Shown here: piece by piece, positions 15,501-24,841 of the stretch
Position numbering within the stretch: position 1 is the first letter of the stretch
How the letters are laid out: every line of letters begins with the position of its first letter
NCBI RefSeq assembly: GCF_018977255.1
Contig: NW_024704742.1
Location: forward strand, 1,118,001 to 1,182,000
Direction: 5' to 3'
Source: Callorhinchus milii
Lineage: Eukaryota
Length of the DNA stretch: 64,000 nt
Position numbers and translations under genes: made by a program
Notes under the pieces: model-generated
What the model was told of the DNA's origin: nothing
The model's input: the letters and a program-made list of their open reading frames with translations, nothing else
The model's database searches: none

Positions 15501-18500
15501 TCTTCAAAAAAAAAACTTTCATTCAGCGACATTAGTTTGGCTCTGTGCCACCTCACCTCCCGCAAGCTATCTGAGAAACTTTGGCACCAAACAACTCAGC
15601 GACCAGGCGAGGTTTGATCTCATCCCTTGTCGTGTTGTGTCCAAGTTGCCCTAAACTCCCGGCTCCAAAGGTAAAAACTGATCCATCCTGGAATATAGTG
15701 AGAAACACAACAAAGTCACATATCCAATGGGAATTTACTGTGCCAAATTGTCTTCAACATTTAATAATAATAGTAATAATCCTTGCATTTGATACAGCGC
15801 CTTATCACGTCTTTGAGATATCGCAAAGCGCTTCACAGAATATACTGTAACGTGCAGTGACTGTATATTTTGTGGGCAAAACGCGACAGCCAATTGCGCA
15901 CAACAGTGTCCCACAAACAGTCGTGGATTGAGTGATAAGATTATATTTGCCCACAAAATACATAAGCCAGAATTAGATTTAAAATATCCTGAGGACAGAC
16001 CTTTGTCAGAGTAGCAGTGTGCTCCTCTCCACAAGAGATGTAGACAATCTTCTTGTGTTCTAATTGTTTTACATAGGTAGGAGAGTGTCGATCTTGAGGA
16101 GAGAGAGAGAGAGAGTGTGAGAATTATCCCATTACCAATGTGCTTTGCATAGGAATGTCTGTATATCAAGAGTCTGTTTGGGGAACCCTCCTGGTGCAAA
16201 CTGGTGCTACATTTACGTACAAAAACAATCACTGCTCTTGGCAGAAATTGCTTGTGATCCATTTCAATGTGATAATATGCTATAGAAATACAAGCTCTTT
16301 TTCAATGGAACAAGTGTGAGTTGGGTGACAATGTTTCCTGAGCTGCTGAGTGAGACATGTGGAGTTGGACCTTGTACTGGAAGCAGAGTCAGCATGAAGC
16401 AAATGGAAAGAAGAGGATAAATAAAACAAAACACATTTATGTTCTTACCCTCTGTGTCACCGAGCCCCAGCTGTCCACGGTCATTCCTTCCCCAGCCAAA
16501 CACAGCCCCCGAGACAGAGAGCGCAAAGCTGTGTGCTCCTCTTGCCGTGATTTGAGCTATTGGGATCCCAGCCATAGACTTCAAACACTGGGAGCTGGTG
16601 TGAGAGGCATCTTTTGTACCAAGACCCAACTGGCCATGAGCGTTCTGCCCCCAAGCGATAAGTCGACCATCTTGTAATCATCAAAGGAAATCAGTCCATC
16701 AAATAGAAAACTGAAGATACGTTAAACATTCATTCCGATTATTGAAGTCAATTGTAATGGGCTCTGTCACTAAGATCAAAGTAGCTCGGCACAGAGCAGC
16801 AAGCAAAGCTGCGTTCCTTTTGGCTCCGAACCACACATCTAAACCAGGCAAACAGGAAGCTGGGCTATATTGCTAAATCAGTTGAGTTTAGATCCCCAGA
16901 TGATATAATCAGGCTGCGCTGTGTCCTCATAATAATAATAATAATAATAATAATCCTTGCATTTGATATAGCGCTTTTCACGTCGGGAGGACGTCCCAAA
17001 GCGCTTCACAGAACACACTGTAAAGTGAATTGACTGTATATTTGTGGGCGAACGCGGCAGCCAATTGCGCACAGCAATGTCCCACAAACAGTCGTGGATT
17101 GAAAATGACCAATTTATTATTGTTTTTTGGTTTTGGAGGGATTATTATTAGGCTCTGTGTGGAGTAAGGAAACTTGCCCAAGGTTTCGCCCTGCCTGGAA
17201 TTGAACTCAGGTCTCTCGCTTGCAAAGCGAGTGCTCAACCACTGAGCTACAGGACTCCATCTGACCACACCGTCAATATCGCATACAATTGGTTCACTGC
17301 GACATAAGGGGACTGTCCAGGCCTAAGAGGTAGTGGAGAGGAGAGCAATGAGGATGATCCCCAGTGTTGGAAGAATGAGGTATGAGCATTGACTTGACAA
17401 ACAAGGACTCATCAGTCTTGAGAGAAAATGACTTAGATGTATCCTAGACAGTAGAAGAGGAGGACATAGGTTTAGCGTCATAAAAGGCATTCAAGGCATT
17501 GTAAAAGGCAGATACCAGAATGCTTTTCTTTATACAGAGGGTAATCAACTACTGGAAAGCTGTTTAAAAAGCAGCTTGATACAGTGCTTGTGGGGAATGA
17601 TAAGGGTGGGTTTTCTGGAGGGATGAGGTTGAATAGGTTGAAAGGCGGTCTTCATCCAAACTAATCTTGCGACCTTGTGAACCAGTGAATTTATCTCTCA
17701 AGCCATATATTAGATATTTTGTTTTACCTTTGAATAGAGCCATGGAATGATTCCTTCCACAGGCAACTTGAACTACGCACTTCCCACTCAGGTGCTTTAA
17801 CAATCTGTAGTTGCACAAATACCAATAATTAACACAAAGTCTTTATAGTAATAAAAACTTTTGATATATTATGCATTTCATCACATCAATATCACGTCGT
17901 AACACTTGCATTTTGACATAGCATCTCATTACATCATCGAGACAAGACACACTGTAAAGTGGTGTGACTGTATTTTGCAGGTAAAGCAGCAACCAATTTG
18001 CACACAGCAGGGTCCCACAAACAACCACAAAGTGAATGGTAAATGCTATTGTTAGACAGGACACAAGGATAGACGTTCTTCTCTTCTCGAATAGTGCCAT
18101 GAGATCTTTAACGTCCACTTGGAAAAGCAGACGGGACCTCCAGTGTTGCATTGGAGTGTCAGCTTAGACTGCATGAGTCCCAAGTCCTGATGTGGAGCTT
18201 TATTCTTTTGCATAGGTGGCACACAGATAGAACTCCCAATGCGGTTAGGATGCTCTTAACTATTGCGATGGGTATTATTCCACTGAACCCTGCACCCCAG
18301 ATTTCAGAACTATACAAACATGACTGATCATCACCTGTAAAATAGTATAACTCTTACCGTGGCAAGCTTCTGACTCAGAGGCAAGAGTAGCTTCCAGCTG
18401 AGCAGGCTGACACACATATTTGAAAAGCATAATAATATATCCATCGCAAATAGTGCAGTGAACAGAACAAATTCTCGACAACCATCAAAATACACCTTTA

Positions 18501-21500
18501 TCTCAATGTAAAGACCTTTAACATGTAAAGTCATAGTCCTCTAATTACAAGTACACAATCATTATATTTTGCGCTCCTGTGAAGCACTTTGAGACGTCTA
18601 GAAGACGTGAAAAGCGCTATACCAAATGCAGGGATTGTTATTATTATTATTTTATCAAATGCAAGGATGGTTATTTACATGTAGAGGAAGCTGTGGTGTT
18701 TTTGGTGGTACCCAACCCAAAGAGGCACGAAATCAGGAAGAAGAAAGATCCGATTTTCTACGAGAATGGGATCTTGTACCAAAATTATTTTAGACAATTT
18801 AGATGATTGAGAAATTCATCAATTGTATGACGGTGAGACATGCAATGTATGAGGATCCCAGGTCCGTGCTGTTAGTCGGTGACAGCTGCCCTGCCTGAGA
18901 TCAGCTAACTCCACTCAAACCAGAGATGTGCACCCCATTCCTGATACCGGAAAATGTCTATGCATAGGTTGCCTGCAGAGATGGCCAGAACTCTGAATGT
19001 GGTTAAGATGCGCTTAAGAGTGGCGATGGGTTTCCGCGTGTGTTGGAAACCCGAGTGACCAAGTGTATGGTCGTTACTCAACCCTGCACCCCGGATTTCA
19101 GAACTATGCAAACATGACTAACCATCACCTGTAAAATAATATAATTCTTACTGTGGCTTAATTTCGGAGTACGTCTTCGAAGTCAGCCCAGGTTGCGTGC
19201 TTTGCAATTTGAAGGAGAACACACTTCCTTCTTCCAAAACAAACAAGATGTGCGAGGCTCCACTGTCCACAAAGCAAACCCTTTCTGCACTGAATTCATC
19301 AAGCCGTGCTATACGGTGGCAAAAACACAACATTATCAGAATCAAATTCATGTCATTGGAAATATCATGATAAACTACCTGCTGTTTGCAAACAACCTTT
19401 TGTGTTAGACCAACATGGTACATGGATAACAAATTGGATTCATTTAAAATAATAATAACCTTTGCATTTGGTATACTATCATTTCCTATTATATCCAAAC
19501 GAGTTTTATTTAAAGTGTAGTAAATGTTTATTTGTAGGCGAATGCAACAGTTAAAGTCACACCCAACTTTTCGAAAATTGAGTACCATGGAATCCTTAAT
19601 GTCCACTTGACCAGGGAGACAGGACCTCACTTCAACATCTCACCCAAAGGACGGCAGCTTTGACAATGCAGTACACTCCCAGCACCAGTTAAGAAAGCCT
19701 TTTCTTGAGTTCCCCGCATTTCAGTCTAAGACTAGAATGATTTTATAAAAAGTTCCATAAAAATTGAGAGCCTTGGTTCGATTCCTGGCAGGGCGAAATG
19801 TTGGACAAGTTTCCTTACTCCACACGCCTCTGTTTACCTAACAGTAAGTAGGAACCCGGTTGTTAGTCAATTGGCGGATCGCTTTACTGGAGGTAATATT
19901 TCCTTAAAAAAAAAAAAAAATTGGTCACTCAATCCACGGCTGTTTGTGGGGACGCTGCTGTGCGCAATCGGCTGCCGCGTTTCGCCCACAAATATACAGT
20001 CAATTCACTTTACGGTATATTCTGTGAAACGGTTGAGACGTCTCGAAGACGTGATGAGGCGCTATATCAAATGCAGGGATTATTATTTTTATATTCTTAT
20101 GATTCACAGGAGAAACATGGTGAAATAATTATGCAAGATCAGTGTTTTTTTTGATGACTCCATCTGATGATGGTTCCATTTCTCTCTCACATGTATGACC
20201 GGGCTGAGCGATAGACTTAACGTCAACCTCAGGTCAATGGGCAGATAGAGACTAGACCAGAGGGTAAATAATAACAATAAATAGATATTCGCTACTAACG
20301 TCATAATATCTAGGCTCAGAATAATTTTGAACTTTCGATATTTCATTTGAAAAATAGAAGACCAAGCGGTTACAAAATAATTCTGGACTCACAAACTGCC
20401 TATTGAGTACAATACAAAACAAAGAGATCTCAGTCTCTCAACTGTGCGATGATTCTCCTCTCCCAGAACAGAACTTCCAGAACTTCCACATTGCTAAACT
20501 ACACATTGATGACTCAATGCAAATGCATAGCAGTCAAATTAGGAGAATCCAAAACTGAATTGAATACTGCCTTCCAACACTGTGTTTAATTTACACATAA
20601 AACAAAACTGAGCGCTGTGGCTCTCGAGATAGTGCTTCAGGTAATCACTGAACTTGTAAAGGATTTACGTGGAGACCTGAAGTTTGATCAGGAAGGTATA
20701 GGCTACATTCTGTTTTTTGTGCTGAATGTGTGGGGTGGGTTTATGAGACTGTGGAAGTCCATAAGGCTCAGGGAACGCTCACCTTCATTTTGCGTTCATC
20801 AATATCTGCCAAAAGTACTTCTGTTTGCAGAAGATCATATGCTGTTGGCGAACGTAACTGGTGATTTCATACGCTGCATTCACCATCTTGAACACTGGGT
20901 CATTGATGGTGGAATTATGAGGGACCTCAAAGGTATTGATTGGAAGATACTAGGGGCATCAGTCCCACTTGTTGATTCTTATTGGTACCTGACACCAACT
21001 TCAGCCTGGACTCAGTCCTGCCAACCCGTGCTCAGAAGGGAGAAGGGAACTCTGGCTGTTCAGGTTCTAGGACGGCAAGCTTGCCTGACAGAGCCTTCAA
21101 TGGCAGTTTATGTGGTTTTAGCTGGTTAATCTCCAGCAGTATCCTTACGCATACTCTGGGATGCCTGAGCTTTGGCTAACTCTAATTATTGAGCAGTGAG
21201 AGTACTTTCTTATCAAAAATCTTTGTTTTGAATGAATCTAAATGTTATTCTCAACGGCCGAGCATTGTTTTGACTCCCATTATTCATTTGCCGGGCTCTC
21301 TATAACATATTTCACTCTTGTAATCCTTGATGCCAATTAATACTTTATTCAATCTCCCCAGACAGACGAAATATTAAATTCTCTCAAGGAATTACAAGAA
21401 AAAATAAGCAAAAAATACAGTTATAAAAAACGTCTAGGTTCTGACAGGATTTCTATCTTCAATTCACTAATCACACTAAATGTAAATAAAGCCTATTGTT

Positions 21501-21953
21501 AAATGCAGTTTGTGTGTTTGCTTCAGTCAGGAAGCCAGACATTTTATACAAATTCACGCTTTCTTGCCGTATCTGACTTGCAGGTTTTTTTTTGGTCAGC
21601 CGGGTGTCTGAAACCCATCACCGTGCCTCAGGGTATCCCAAACAAGCTGAGAATTTCATGCTTCCCACCTCCACACGGAAATTGCAGAGAGAGATTGTAG
21701 AAATAGAACAGTTCCAACAATTGGAGGCGCGAAGTGTCATTTACTTACCAGGTTTCCTCTGCTTCTGGCCGTTCATTGTATAGAGAACCTTCCCATCCTC
21801 AAGCACGAACACAGTGAATCCGTCTCCGCAGCAAATGTGCCGAACCCTCCCGTGTTTGAGAAGCCTGTCGCTGTGAGTGGCTTCTGAACTCACCCCGTCC
21901 TGCCCAGGGGTTAGACCCAGCTGTTTGCAGCCCACCTGCCCCCAGCACAACAT
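369..21953 (-). CDS. Gene A: small HERC-family E3 ubiquitin/ISG15 ligase (RCC1-like domain + HECT), HERC3/4-related, possibly HERC7-type; 3' end outside window
   Basis: 21 GT-AG exons read by hand join in frame (2700 nt, 900 codons, no stops). RCC1 repeats ([31 protein letters not shown]) and HECT N-lobe ([40 protein letters not shown]). Confidence 0.93.
1371..1456 (-). CDS. Gene A exon 20
   Basis: [17 protein letters not shown]. Confidence 0.88.
1620..1865 (-). mobile_element. Deu-domain SINE
   Basis: Reverse complement of the Deu core (GGTGCCGTCCTTCAGATGAGA..TTAAACCGAG..GATGTTAAAAATCCCCATGG). Confidence 0.75.
2168..2234 (-). CDS. Gene A exon 19
   Basis: [22 protein letters not shown]. 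Confidence 0.85.
2760..3129 (-). mobile_element. tRNA(Ala)-derived SINE with L2-type tail
   Basis: Head with A box TAGCTCAGTGG and a B-box-like motif; tail ...aagcgctttgagacgtc...aaatgcaaggattatt; many copies in the window. Confidence 0.85.
3333..3499 (-). CDS. Gene A exon 18
   Basis: [31 protein letters not shown]. Confidence 0.93.
4607..4747 (-). CDS. Gene A exon 17
   Basis: [19 protein letters not shown]...LIWFPEW. Confidence 0.93.
4970..5295 (-). mobile_element. SINE, same family
   Basis: Same body and tail. Confidence 0.75.
6138..6266 (-). CDS. Gene A exon 16
   Basis: [18 protein letters not shown] (HECT start). Confidence 0.88.
6446..6526 (-). CDS. Gene A exon 15
   Basis: [22 protein letters not shown]. 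Confidence 0.85.
7944..8030 (-). CDS. Gene A exon 14
   Basis: [18 protein letters not shown]...; cag/gtaaga. Confidence 0.82.
8796..8953 (-). CDS. Gene A exon 13
   Basis: [19 protein letters not shown]...LRILQKLYE. Confidence 0.88.
10161..10353 (-). CDS. Gene A exon 12
   Basis: [25 protein letters not shown]. Confidence 0.9.
11435..11540 (-). CDS. Gene A exon 11
   Basis: [26 protein letters not shown]. Confidence 0.9.
11982..12041 (-). CDS. Gene A exon 10
   Basis: [19 protein letters not shown]. Confidence 0.9.
12918..13042 (-). CDS. Gene A exon 9
   Basis: [30 protein letters not shown]... Confidence 0.85.
13646..13722 (-). CDS. Gene A exon 8
   Basis: [25 protein letters not shown]. Confidence 0.88.
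14153..14307 (-). CDS. Gene A exon 7
   Basis: [25 protein letters not shown]... Confidence 0.92.
14980..15385 (-). mobile_element. L2-type LINE 3' fragment
   Basis: [33 protein letters not shown] plus tail. Confidence 0.85.
15557..15687 (-). CDS. Gene A exon 6
   Basis: [18 protein letters not shown]...VSQIACG, 131 nt. Confidence 0.92.
16001..16092 (-). CDS. Gene A exon 5
   Basis: [31 protein letters not shown], 92 nt. Confidence 0.92.
16449..16670 (-). CDS. Gene A exon 4
   Basis: [16 protein letters not shown]...[16 protein letters not shown], 222 nt; aag acceptor. Confidence 0.92.
16930..17260 (-). mobile_element. SINE, near full length
   Basis: tRNA head to (TTA)n tail. Confidence 0.85.
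17728..17804 (-). CDS. Gene A exon 3
   Basis: [28 protein letters not shown]1 motif, 77 nt. Confidence 0.9.
19152..19308 (-). CDS. Gene A exon 2
   Basis: [24 protein letters not shown]...; tag/gtaaga, phases fit. Confidence 0.85.
19770..20090 (+). mobile_element. SINE, 5'-truncated
   Basis: B box GGTTCGATTCC through tail. Confidence 0.8.
21749..21953 (-). CDS. Gene A exon 1
   Basis: [13 protein letters not shown]...QKQRKP; donor gtaagt. Confidence 0.9.
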
Positions 21954-22192
21954 GCTGCCCTCTCCCTCTGTCTGCCTGGGTCCCTCTCCCTCCCTCTCTC
22001 TGTGTCTCTCCCTGTGTCTCTGTCCCTTTCTCTGTGTGTATCTCTGTCTCTCTCCCTTTCTCTGTGTCTGTGTCTCAGCTGATCTCTGTCTCCTGCTCTG
22101 TGCTGCTCCACTACTGAAGACTCTGATTGAAGCAGCCCAGACACATCAGTGCTCTGCTGAGCTGCCAACTCTCCTCCTCCTTCAAAACCAAG

Positions 22193-22333
22193 TGACGTGT
22201 AAGCTTGTGACTCATGCCTCCCCTCTATCTGGCCATCGTGTCAACACCGGCTCGCGTGGAGGAGGAAACAGAAACTGAAACTGTGGTAACCAGTTTCAAA
22301 GCTACTGCAGTATGTGATCAGGAAACAGAAACC
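22193..22333 (-). promoter_or_regulatory. Gene A promoter: ISRE/IRF sites, AP-1 site, CRE-like site
   Basis: GGAAACAGAAACTGAAACT 22264-22282; GGAAACAGAAACC 22321-22333; TGACTCA 22208-22214; TGACGTG 22193-22199. Confidence 0.75.
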
Positions 22334-22559
22334 ACAACATGAATGAGACTGTCATTAACTCCACCTGCAGCTGATCCCTGAAACTAAAGAGCTGGGCCTG
22401 ACTGTTACCTATGCACTTTCGGTACATAGAGCAAAGTGATAAAAGGGTGTCATGTACCTGACGGAATGTAAAATCGGGTTTATGAATCATTCAGACTTGT
22501 CATCCTTCCTAACAGTTCACTTTGTGACGGTTTTATTATGAAACACTATTAACCCTTGT

Positions 22560-23175
22560 GCTTGAAGCATCTCCTATCACGTCTCAAAGCGCTTCACAGG
22601 ATTTATTGCGGAATGCTGTGACTGTATTTGTAGATGGATGCGGCGGCCAATCTGGGCACAGAAGTGTCCCACAAACAGCCACAAACAAATGGAGCGATTC
22701 ACTAATTTTTTTCTGGAGGACTGTTGGCCAGGACATCGCGAGGAACTCCCTTCTCTTTCTAAATAGTGCCATGGGATCTTTAACGGCCACTTGAACCAGC
22801 ACAGACGAGACCTCGGTTTAACATCTCTTCTGAAGGGCAGTACCTCTGACAATGCAACATACTCCCAGCGTTGGAGTGTCAGCCTTGACTGCAAGATTAA
22901 AGTCCAGGCTTGAGCCTACACCTTAAACAAAAACCGAGAGAGCTGGGAAAACTCAGGCAGCATCTATGGACGGTTGCCCCAGGTCTGACGAAGGGTCGTG
23001 GACCCGAAATGTTGACTCACTTTTCTTTCTCCGTAGATGCTGCCTGACCTGCTGAGGGTTCCCAGCTCTCTCTGTTTTTGTTTCAGATTTCCAGCATCTG
23101 CAGTATTTTGTGCTTTGAGTCTACACCTCTTTTGAATCAAGAGACAAATGCTGCCGAATGAGCCAGACCGACATT
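22560..23175 (-). mobile_element. Deu-domain SINE interrupted by a hairpin element
   Basis: Deu core about 22725-22860; the head resumes after 23115. Confidence 0.75.
22924..23114. mobile_element. Penelope-type non-autonomous hairpin element
   Basis: Inverted repeat gagagctggg..gcagcatcta / tagatgctgc..cccagctctc; flanked by a 14-bp near-duplication TTGAG(C/T)CTACACCT. Confidence 0.7.
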
Positions 23176-24134
23176 AAAGTGCAAATTTTATATCTGATTT
23201 ACACGTTCATTAATTTGCATGATTACATAATTAGAAACAGTTTCATGCTGCAAGGGAGGGGGGTTAATTAACTCATCGTGTCAAAATCGTGTGAGATAGT
23301 TCAACAATAACAAATTGCATTTACACAGTAAACCTCACATAAGTGGTATCAGTTGGGACAATAAATTTAATACGACTTATGCAAAGTATGAGTTATGTGA
23401 AACTCTCATAAGTGGTATCATTTAAATAATAATCCTTGCGTTTGATATAGTGCCTTATTATGTCTTCGAGACATCTCACAGAATATATTGTAAAGTGGAT
23501 TAACTCTGTATGATTTATGAAAAGTTATGTATAAGTCAGATTTTATATATACTGTACTGGCTGGTGATATTAAGGTAAGGTTTCTGTACCATGTTTAACC
23601 CATGCACAATAAAACTGTGGTCGCTCATTATTTCCGTATACAGTGCTGAACAATGCTATACCTCATGTGCAAAAAACATGTCCTGTACAATGAATGACAC
23701 AACCAAATAGATTTCAAAACAGAACTGTTTTAATAGAATATAAACTGTTCGACGTCTCAAAGCGCTTCACAGAACATATTGTACAGTGAGTTGACTGTAT
23801 ACTTGTGGGCGAAACGCGCATTTTTTGGGGCGATCTGCATCGCCTGATGCCATGATGGCTGGTCAAAACCTCATCTTCCGTAGCTGTTGTGTGTTCTTAC
23901 TGCGCGTATGGTCTTTCGGCATTGCAGGCAGTAAGTGGGCACGATGGGTCTGGACTTGGGTTCCCGGGAGTGTCTCACATAGAGCACTGCCTGTGCGGCT
24001 TCAAGGCTGACAACTGTGAAGGGTCCGTTCCACACTCCACAGGATCAGGTAACCTCTCGAAAAACACCATATCAAATCCAAGGATTTTAAATTTTTTTGC
24101 TGTAAACATTACCGCAATTTTTTTTTTTTTTACT

Positions 24135-24140
24135 TTTATT
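24135..24140 (-). terminator. Candidate polyadenylation signal of gene B
   Basis: AATAAA on minus strand about 480 nt after the stop. Confidence 0.45.
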
Positions 24141-24620
24141 TTTATACAAAGAGGCAGGTGGCCATTATTTTTAATTTAATACATAATTATTACTTCATTG
24201 CAGGCATTCTTCATGTCTTTTTTTTAAGCAAACAAAGAAAATCAATATAAATCAGGTAAATATAAAGTTCAATTCTCCACCATCTCCCAGGATGCCAAAT
24301 CAGCTTGAAATCACCAAGTGAAATGTTTGTCCCTCAATACGCCTCTTCATTGTCACTGCTAAATGGACAAATTTGGCATGAGCTCTGAAGCCCGACCTAC
24401 TTGAGAAGAAATCACGGGAGCAGACCAGGCACGAATGCTTGTACTAAAACTCCACGAAAATTGGTATGTATTTTTTAAAAAATTATCTCAATCATTAATG
24501 CTTTCCCCAAATTCCATTATTTTCATATTATTTTGTCAATAAGGAATTGAATGGCAAATCAAGTTCAAGTCTTGGGCATTTCTCTGGTGAGTAGAGGAAG
24601 TGGTTTTGTGACTGCAGACA

Positions 24621-24841
24621 TTAAGGTGGTATTGCATTGAACTCTTTGCCGAATTTGATTGCATGGAGAACCTTCTGTTTTAAAATTGACAGGCTGCTGT
24701 AGTTGGGAAGATCAAGAGTGTTGGTGCACGTGTAAGCACGGGGATAATGCAAATCCGGTTCATTACAAGTGGCACGAAGTATCCTAATCCTGAGAGCTCC
24801 AATTCCTTCCACTGGAATTCTGTCACTTCCCGTCAGAAAGG
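24621..24841 (-). CDS. Gene B exon 23 (HECT C-lobe, stop)
   Basis: FLTGSDRIP...[18 protein letters not shown]...EFNAIPP*. Confidence 0.94.

Noticed and set aside
20617..21129. 170-aa plus-strand ORF
   Set aside because: GTG start, no recognisable domain, lies antisense in intron 1 of gene A and overlaps a repeat fragment.
21877..22278. Antisense ORF conserved in both paralogs (also 44691-45089)
   Set aside because: Explained by the near-identical exon 1 block and a low-complexity CT/GT-rich UTR that lacks stop codons.
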